Shown here: piece after piece, positions 56,545-62,595 of the stretch
Numbering within the stretch: position 1 is the stretch's first letter
Layout of the letters: each line of letters starts with the position of its first letter
Assembly (NCBI GenBank): GCA_004553575.1
Contig: SFLA01000003.1
Span: forward strand, 1-62,595
Length of the DNA stretch: 62,595 nt
Direction of reading: 5' to 3'
Origin: Clostridiales bacterium
GTDB taxonomy: Bacteria > Bacillota > Clostridia > Oscillospirales > CAG-382
Notes under the pieces: generated by a model
Database searches by the model: none
Told to the model about the DNA's origin: nothing
What the model saw: the letters and a program-made list of their open reading frames with translations, nothing else
Program-made: the position numbers and the translations under genes

Positions 56545-57809
56545 ATGCGTTCTCCTTTAAGAAAATACACCGTATCTTCTAAAACCCTGCGGGCGGCGGC
56601 AACGGTTTCTTCCGCCGTGACCCTGGCAATACGGTCGGCGGCGCGGCAGGGATCGTCCTCTCTGCCTATAACAAAGCCGGTACGATACCAGCGGTTCAGC
56701 GCACGTATGCTGTCGGTTATGCCGATATGAATGCTTCTGAGCGAGCGGACAGCGGCGGAAAGCTCGGTATCGGTAATATTGCCGCGCTTGATATCGTCGA
56801 GCTGGTCGATAATCGCCTGCTCGGCTCGTTCTTTGTCGGCGGCGGCAATTCCGGCGGCGACCACCGAAATTCCCTTGGAAGTCTGTGGGATCGGTGTGCA
56901 GTAGTAACAAAGCGACTGTTTTTCCCGAACCTCGCTGAACAAACGGCTTGTTGGAGACGCCCCGAACAGTTCGTTGAATACGCCGAAGGCGTATGCTTCG
57001 TCGGACGAGGGCAAAACGCCGGTTCGGAAGCCTATCGCCAGCTTGGACTGGTTTATATCCATAACGTCGGTATACCGGCGGAGCCCGCCGACCGAAGTTA
57101 TAATCTCCGTGCGGGGGATATCGGTTCCGCGCGCCGCAAGCGGAAGGTACTTCGAAAACGTTGCAGCCGCTTTGCCGTGATCGTCCGCTCCGGTATAAAC
57201 GGCGACGGCGGGACAGTTTTCGATGATGTTTACATAATGCTTGTAAATATCTTCGCCGGTCAGTCCGGCAACGTCCTGCTCGAGCCCGTCAACCGGGTTT
57301 GCGAACAGCTCGCCCTCGCACATAAGCTCTATACAGCGGCGGACGGCGTAGGAATCCTTGTTGTCGAGACGAGAACGTATATCGGTAATAAGGTTTACCT
57401 TTTCCGTTGCGACATAGCTATCGTCAAATCCGTTTCCGCGAAGCAGGGGATTGAGAACCATATCCGACAGCAGATCCATGCCGCGGTCGAGCAGATCCTC
57501 GCCTCCGATGGTGTATTTTTTATTAATGAAGCAGAGAGAAAAAGTGAATGTAATACACTCTCCGACAGCGCCGGAGGAAGCTGAAACGGAAGCGGAATAC
57601 AGATCCTCCTGGACGGCTGCAAGAGCACGCATTGTCGGATATCTGTTTGTACCGCGGTTGATTACCGCGGCGAGCAGTGAGCAGCGGGCGGTGTTATCGC
57701 GGGTACGCGGAAGAAGGAACGACAAGGTAAGGCAATCGTATTTTGATTTGTCGTTTGACACTGCAATAAAGGTTACTCCGGTGACCGGGGACAGATGTGT
57801 TACATTCAT
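56541..57809 (-). CDS. M16 family peptidase-like protein lacking the HxxEH motif, YmfF-like (422 aa)
   Basis: M16 fold by length and pairing with the downstream active paralogue. I could not see an HxxEH motif. Confidence 0.75.
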   Translation of the reverse strand: MNVTHLSPVTGVTFIAVSNDKSKYDCLTLSFLLPRTRDNTARCSLLAAVINRGTNRYPTMRALAAVQEDLYSASVSASSGAVGECITFTFSLCFINKKYTIGGEDLLDRGMDLLSDMVLNPLLRGNGFDDSYVATEKVNLITDIRSRLDNKDSYAVRRCIELMCEGELFANPVDGLEQDVAGLTGEDIYKHYVNIIENCPAVAVYTGADDHGKAAATFSKYLPLAARGTDIPRTEIITSVGGLRRYTDVMDINQSKLAIGFRTGVLPSSDEAYAFGVFNELFGASPTSRLFSEVREKQSLCYYCTPIPQTSKGISVVAAGIAAADKERAEQAIIDQLDDIKRGNITDTELSAAVRSLRSIHIGITDSIRALNRWYRTGFVIGREDDPCRAADRIARVTAEETVAAARRVLEDTVYFLKGERI

Positions 57810-57817
57810 CCTTCGTT

Positions 57818-58582
57818 TTATCCGAGCAGCGAGGCGCTGTCTTTATCGAGATAAAGCACCGCATTTTTGTGAGTGCGAAGTATTGACGCGGGACAGGATT
57901 CGGAAATCTCTCCGTTGATTGTATTGTATACGGCATTTGCTTTTGTTGCGGCCGGAACTATGCAGAACACCGAATCGGGTGCGATGAGAGTCGGTATCGT
58001 AAGAGTGAGCGCCTGCAGCGGCACCTGATCGATTGATGCGAAACAACCGTCGTTTACCTGCTGCTGACGGCATACGTTATCGAGAGTGACCGGCTTTACT
58101 GCCTTTTTGTCGTGGAAATCGGCGACAGCGGGGTCGTTGAAGGCGATATGTCCGTTCTCTCCGATACCCATGCAGATTATATCGCAGGGGTGCTCTTTCA
58201 GCAGCGCGGCGTAGCGATCGGACTCGGAATAAGGATCGGAGGCGGCACAGTTGATATAGTTTACCGATGCAAAAGGTACTTTGTCGAATATGGCGTTTTT
58301 AAGGAAATTTCCGAATCCCTGAGGCGCCAGCGGGTCGAGGCCTATATACTCGTCCATGTGGAAGGCGTTGATACGGCTCCAATCGATTTCGCTGTGCGAT
58401 ATAAGCGCGGCGAGAAACTCGTTCTGGCTGGGAGCGGCGGCAAAGATCATGTTTATTGTACCCTTGCGTCCGATTTGTGCGGTGATTTCCTTCGCAGCCT
58501 CGGCTGCGGCATACTCTCCCATCTCGGCGCGGGTCTCGAACACTTTATATGTCAGATTGTCTTTCTTTCCGTTTTTAAGCAT
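57818..58582 (-). CDS. nagB: glucosamine-6-phosphate deaminase family protein
   Basis: 254 aa. Contains FAAAPSQNEF, FHMDEYIGL and MGIGENGHIAFNDP blocks. Confidence 0.85.
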   Translation of the reverse strand: MLKNGKKDNLTYKVFETRAEMGEYAAAEAAKEITAQIGRKGTINMIFAAAPSQNEFLAALISHSEIDWSRINAFHMDEYIGLDPLAPQGFGNFLKNAIFDKVPFASVNYINCAASDPYSESDRYAALLKEHPCDIICMGIGENGHIAFNDPAVADFHDKKAVKPVTLDNVCRQQQVNDGCFASIDQVPLQALTLTIPTLIAPDSVFCIVPAATKANAVYNTINGEISESCPASILRTHKNAVLYLDKDSASLLG

Positions 58583-59762
58583 GATATATTTCCTTTCCTC
58601 TTACAAATACGGATTTTACGTTTATATCGCCGTCGAACACGACAATATCCGCGTCGTATCCGGGCAAAAGTCTTCCTTTTCGGGACAGCCCTGCGAGCGA
58701 CGCCGGAGTTGCTGTCATCATTTTAACCGCATCGCACAGAGGGATTCCCGCGCCGCGGTATGCGCACCTCACGAGCCGGTCGGCAGTGGCGATGCTCCCG
58801 GCGAACGCAGTTCGGTCCGGCATCTTGGCGACTCCGTCCTCTATAAATACCGTCTGACCGTTTTTCAGCGAACCGAGCACGGTGGTGCCCTCCGTCTGAC
58901 CGGCTCCCCGCATTGCGTCGGTTATCAGACAGGTGCGATCTGCGCCCTTTATGCGATATACCATACCGAGTATGCTGTAGGGCAGATGACAGCCGTCGGC
59001 AATGACCTCTACATTCATATTTTCTATTATATATCCCGCCTCAATCATGCCCGGATAGCGGAATCCGCCCCGCCGCACCATTGACGACATTCCGGAATAA
59101 AAGTGGGTGAGCAAAGTATAGCCGTTTTTACTGCCCTCAAGAACGCACTCGTATTCGGCATCCGAATGACCCATTGAAGCGAGGATACCTTCGTCTTGCA
59201 GCACTCTGCCGAGCTTCATGGCGCCTTCAAGCTCGGGCGCAACTGTCCAGCGGCGGATAATTCCTTCGCCGGCGCGGAGTATACCGTTGTAATGCTCGGG
59301 GGTGGGGACGCGAAGATAGCGCTCGTCCTGCGCGCCCTTCTGCGAGGCGGAAAAGTATGGACCTTCAAGGTGCAGACCGCAGAGGTCGCTTCCGCAATGG
59401 TCGGCGGATGCCGCCTCCCGGAACAGATCGAACGCCGCGAACAGCTCGTCGTCGGGGCAGGTGAGAGTAGTGGGCAGCATGGCCGTGGTGCCGTGCCTGC
59501 CGTGGAGACGTGCGGCGGTGTGGAATGCCTCGACGGTACCGTCGAGAAAATCCGCTCCGCCTCCTCCGTGAACGTGTATATCTACGAAGCCGGGCGAAAG
59601 ATACAGGTCGCCGAAGGACACGACTTCGACGCTTCCGTCGCGGCGGCGCTCGCCGGCATATTCCACGCTTTCGCCGTTTATGATAATCTCTCCATCGGGA
59701 ATTATTCTGTCCTCGAGTATCAGCTTTCCGGTAAGCTTTTTCATGTTATAAATCGCTTTCAT
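58575..59762 (-). CDS. nagA: N-acetylglucosamine-6-phosphate deacetylase
   Basis: 395 aa. Contains GFVDIHVHGGGG, LHLEGPY and ATLTPA-like blocks. Confidence 0.9.
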   Translation of the reverse strand: MKAIYNMKKLTGKLILEDRIIPDGEIIINGESVEYAGERRRDGSVEVVSFGDLYLSPGFVDIHVHGGGGADFLDGTVEAFHTAARLHGRHGTTAMLPTTLTCPDDELFAAFDLFREAASADHCGSDLCGLHLEGPYFSASQKGAQDERYLRVPTPEHYNGILRAGEGIIRRWTVAPELEGAMKLGRVLQDEGILASMGHSDAEYECVLEGSKNGYTLLTHFYSGMSSMVRRGGFRYPGMIEAGYIIENMNVEVIADGCHLPYSILGMVYRIKGADRTCLITDAMRGAGQTEGTTVLGSLKNGQTVFIEDGVAKMPDRTAFAGSIATADRLVRCAYRGAGIPLCDAVKMMTATPASLAGLSRKGRLLPGYDADIVVFDGDINVKSVFVRGKEIYHA

Positions 59763-60225
59763 TCAAAAGGCATACCGCGTGGGCGCAGATTCCTTCACGG
59801 GAGCCGGTGAATCCCATACCCTCCTCGGTTGTAGCCTTTATGTTGATTCTGTCTTTCCCGATTCTCAGCACCGACGCCACGGTATCCTCCATCTTTTCTA
59901 TATACGGCGACAGTCTCGGGTATTCTGCAATCACGGTGCAGTCGAGATTCGATACGGTATATCCCTTTACCGCCAGCAGATCGGCTACCTTTGCGAGCAG
60001 CTTGACCGAGGCGATATCCTTGTAAACATCGTCTTTGTCCGGGAAATGATAGCCTATGTCGCGGTCGCCGGCTGCCCCGAGAAGCGCATCGCAGATCGCG
60101 TGTATAAGTACGTCTGCGTCCGAATGTCCGTCCAGCCCGTATTCGGAGGGAATCTTTACCCCGCCGAGCATGAGATCTCTGCCGGATACGAACCTGTGAG
60201 CATCGTAGCCGTGTCCTATACGCAT
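59746..60225 (-). CDS. ispF: 2-C-methyl-D-erythritol 2,4-cyclodiphosphate synthase
   Basis: 159 aa. Starts MRIGHGYDAHRF and contains GHSDADVLIHAICDALLGA. Confidence 0.92.
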   Translation of the reverse strand: MRIGHGYDAHRFVSGRDLMLGGVKIPSEYGLDGHSDADVLIHAICDALLGAAGDRDIGYHFPDKDDVYKDIASVKLLAKVADLLAVKGYTVSNLDCTVIAEYPRLSPYIEKMEDTVASVLRIGKDRINIKATTEEGMGFTGSREGICAHAVCLLNESDL

Positions 60226-60228
60226 GTC

Positions 60229-60963
60229 TTATTCTCCCTTTTTGCAGCGTTCTTCGAGAAATACCCGCGCTTTGGCGCGTTTTATATCTGTAACCGTAGT
60301 AAGCTTGTCGTTTCCGTCGCCTATATCTATATACGTGACGGAAAATCCTGCGCTCTCTGCCAGCGAGGTGTCGTCGGTGAAGCCGAGCTTCTTCTTTTTA
60401 CATACCGCAGCCGATACCAGATACAGGTCGCGCCTGAAGACCTGCGGCGTCTGAACGGCAATAAGACGGTCACGCGGAGGAGTATATTCGGCATGTCCGT
60501 TTCCGTCGGTGAATTTAATTGTGTCGCTGACGGCACGGCAGGCGCAGGACGCACCGGTTTTGAAGCATGCGGAAACGACGTCGTCTATCTGCTGTGCGGT
60601 TATGAACGGTCTGGCTCCGTCGTGTATGCAGACAATATCTGCATCAGACGCGGCGTGCACGCCGTTCATCACGGATTCGGCGCGGGTGCTTCCGCCCTGT
60701 ACGAAGGTGATCGGCTTTGCGGTGAATCCGGAAGCGATGGGGCGTAGATTCGTATCGCTCCGGCAGACGACTATAATGTCGCGTACCGTGGCGCACGCGG
60801 AAAAGGATTCGAGTAGCATCGAAAAAACGGTCTTGCCGCCGAGTCGTATAAGCGGCTTTTCGACCCCTCCCATTCGGGTGCCGGTGCCTGCCGCGACTAT
60901 TATTGCCGTAACGACGGGTTCTTTATTTTCCACGGATAATATCACCCTTCTTAAGATTATCAC
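60229..60963 (-). CDS. ispD: 2-C-methyl-D-erythritol 4-phosphate cytidylyltransferase
   Basis: AIIVAAGTGTRMG and VCIHDGARPF blocks. Three in-frame GTG starts (60963, 60945, 60933) all overlap the U32 gene end, so the start is uncertain. Confidence 0.88.
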   Translation of the reverse strand: MIILRRVILSVENKEPVVTAIIVAAGTGTRMGGVEKPLIRLGGKTVFSMLLESFSACATVRDIIVVCRSDTNLRPIASGFTAKPITFVQGGSTRAESVMNGVHAASDADIVCIHDGARPFITAQQIDDVVSACFKTGASCACRAVSDTIKFTDGNGHAEYTPPRDRLIAVQTPQVFRRDLYLVSAAVCKKKKLGFTDDTSLAESAGFSVTYIDIGDGNDKLTTVTDIKRAKARVFLEERCKKGE

Positions 60964-62134
60964 AACGCAGGTAAAACTCCGAGCGCGGGTGAGGTGTAGA
61001 CGCTATGGGCTGCATATCCGTATCGAAAAGTTCGGTAACGGTTATATCGCGTCCGCACTGTCCGGGCGTAAGCACCTGGACAGTATCGCCCACGCGCATT
61101 TTGTTGCGCTGTGAGCACAGCGCCAGACCGGAAACGGGGTCGTAGCCGACTACCGTGCAGAGAAATGAGCGCTCGCTTATATTACCGCCCTCCGACACCG
61201 TGTTGGCGCCCTCGGAGGGTGAGGAAAACCAGAAGCCCGTACCGTATTCGCGGTGGGAAACGCTCTCGGTCTCGGCGGCTATACTGTCGTCCAGCGGTCT
61301 TCCGGCGCGGAAGCAATCGATCGCCATACGGTAGGCGTTTGTTATCGCTGCGGTATAATAGGCGCTCTTCATCCTGCCCTCTATCTTAAAGCTGTTTATC
61401 CCGGAATCGACAAGCTCGGGAATGTGGTGTATCATACACATATCCCTTGACGAAAACAGATAAGAGCCGTTTCCGTCCTGCACGGCGTCGAACGATCTTT
61501 CGCCGCCGGATTCGGTGACGGTATATTCCCAGCGACAGGGCTGGGTGCATTTTCCGGCGTTGGCACTTCGTCCGGTCATATAATCGGACAGCAGACAGCG
61601 CCCGCTGTATGACATACACATCGCACCGTGTACGAAGCATTCGATCTCCATATCCTCGGGTATTCCGGCGCGTATGCGTTTTACCTCGGCGAGCGAAAGC
61701 TCGCGTGCGACGACTATACGTTTCACGCCCTGACGGTACCAGAAATTGCAGGCGGCGGTGTTTACAGTTGACGCCTGGGTGGACAGGTGAATCTCCGCTT
61801 CCGGAATGAACTCCCGCACGAGCGAGAGAACTCCGGGATCGGAGACGATATAGGCATCGGGCGAAATATCGCGCAGGACGGCGATATAATCACTTAGCAC
61901 GGGGAAATCGCTGTCGTGCGGCATTACGTTAAGCGCAACATACAGCTTTTTACCGATGGAATGTGCGTATTTCACGCCTTCGTCCAACTGCTCCGGGGTG
62001 AAATTGTCCGCCTGAGCGCGCAGGCCGAACCGGTCAAGCGCGCAGTATACCGCATCGGCTCCGTAATGAAACGCATAGTACAGCTTTTCGGGATTCCCGG
62101 CGGGCGAAAGAATTTCCGGATCAGTCATCTGCAT
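60923..62134 (-). CDS. peptidase U32 family protein (about 403 aa)
   Basis: PEILSPAGNPEKLYYAFHYGADAVY N-terminus and EIECFVHGAMCMSYSGRCLLS block. I chose the ATG at 62134, which overlaps the mltG stop (ATGACTGA). Confidence 0.85.
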   Translation of the reverse strand: MQMTDPEILSPAGNPEKLYYAFHYGADAVYCALDRFGLRAQADNFTPEQLDEGVKYAHSIGKKLYVALNVMPHDSDFPVLSDYIAVLRDISPDAYIVSDPGVLSLVREFIPEAEIHLSTQASTVNTAACNFWYRQGVKRIVVARELSLAEVKRIRAGIPEDMEIECFVHGAMCMSYSGRCLLSDYMTGRSANAGKCTQPCRWEYTVTESGGERSFDAVQDGNGSYLFSSRDMCMIHHIPELVDSGINSFKIEGRMKSAYYTAAITNAYRMAIDCFRAGRPLDDSIAAETESVSHREYGTGFWFSSPSEGANTVSEGGNISERSFLCTVVGYDPVSGLALCSQRNKMRVGDTVQVLTPGQCGRDITVTELFDTDMQPIASTPHPRSEFYLRCDNLKKGDIIRGK

Positions 62135-62595
62135 CTTTAAGACCGGCATTGATTTTTGCCACTGTCGCCTTGTTTGCCTCGTGGCCCGCAAGGGTAGCCG
62201 AATAATAGGTGTTGCCGGCGTTATCGGATACGAAATAGTAGGCGTCTATAACCTTGCCGTTGTTGTTAAGCGGGGCGGAAGGGTATATTGCCGATTCGAG
62301 AGCGTCCAGTCCGGGGTTGCATATGGCTCCGGGAGGAAGTCCCTCGTAAAGGTAGGTGTTGTACGGGTTGTCGGTATCCAGCGCCTCCTGCGTAAGCTCC
62401 TGCTCGCGTTCGTCAAGGAAATACTGCACCGTTGCGTCGGACTGAAGGTACGGGAAGGTGTTCGGATGGCTGAGACGGTTGTGGAATACATAAGAAACGC
62501 ATTCGTAATCTATGATATATTTCGCCTCCGCCTGTATCATTGAGGCAAGGGTGACAATATCGTCAAATGTCATGCCGAGCGATTCGATATCGCTC
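62121..62595 (-). CDS. mltG: endolytic murein transglycosylase MltG (YceG family), C-terminal part; the 5' end lies beyond the window
   Basis: LASMIQAEA, NPYNTYLYEGLPPGAICNPG and YYFV...G...F blocks. The reading frame stays open to the window edge. Confidence 0.8.
   Translation of the reverse strand, partial: SDIESLGMTFDDIVTLASMIQAEAKYIIDYECVSYVFHNRLSHPNTFPYLQSDATVQYFLDEREQELTQEALDTDNPYNTYLYEGLPPGAICNPGLDALESAIYPSAPLNNNGKVIDAYYFVSDNAGNTYYSATLAGHEANKATVAKINAGLKDADD

Noticed and set aside
1-62595. Searched by eye for CRISPR repeats, tRNA/rRNA genes, transposase/integrase genes, restriction-modification systems, toxin-antitoxin pairs and known defence-system gene sets
   Set aside because: I found none. 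Apart from FtsK (and the small cytidylate kinase-like protein) I saw no P-loop or helicase signatures suggestive of a defence system. The EEP and PHP proteins are membrane- or envelope-associated rather than defence-like. There are no spaced direct repeats.

Overview
This is a 62.6 kb chromosomal segment at roughly 58% GC. The gene content points to a Clostridia-class Firmicute, possibly Oscillospiraceae/Ruminococcaceae-like: a T-box leader, cohesin/dockerin modules, DHHW and CD3324 family proteins, and a YhbD-bactofilin pair. I support about 55 protein-coding genes, one T-box riboswitch, one small ferredoxin ORF missing from the ORF track, and several sigma-A-type promoters and rho-independent terminators. 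I saw no rRNA, tRNA, CRISPR array, transposase, integrase or phage genes. Housekeeping genes (ribF, ftsK, uppP, folD, lgt, ispDF, nagAB, mltG, an M16 peptidase pair, a U32 peptidase) are mixed with many envelope, secreted and glycan-active proteins: GH27, a DUF4434-like protein, CotH, a permuted GH3, GH20, a 1677-aa S8 protease carrying both cohesin and dockerin, HtrA, a PrsA-like foldase and many lipoproteins. The most system-like and possibly undescribed unit is a compact four-gene operon at 6738-11854: an FkbH-like HAD-IIIC loader, an acyl carrier protein, an MBOAT and a DHHW protein. It has the logic of the Dlt D-alanylation pathway but a different loading enzyme and a different extracytoplasmic transferase. 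Other points of interest are a Trp-specific T-box in front of an orphan TrpB2, a shared C-terminal anchor on two exoenzymes, an ASCH-TrmO fusion, palindromic operators in front of a yhbD-bactofilin module, a four-gene zinc-ribbon/lipoprotein operon, and an AT-rich block at the left edge. All family assignments come from motif recognition by eye. No database search was run.
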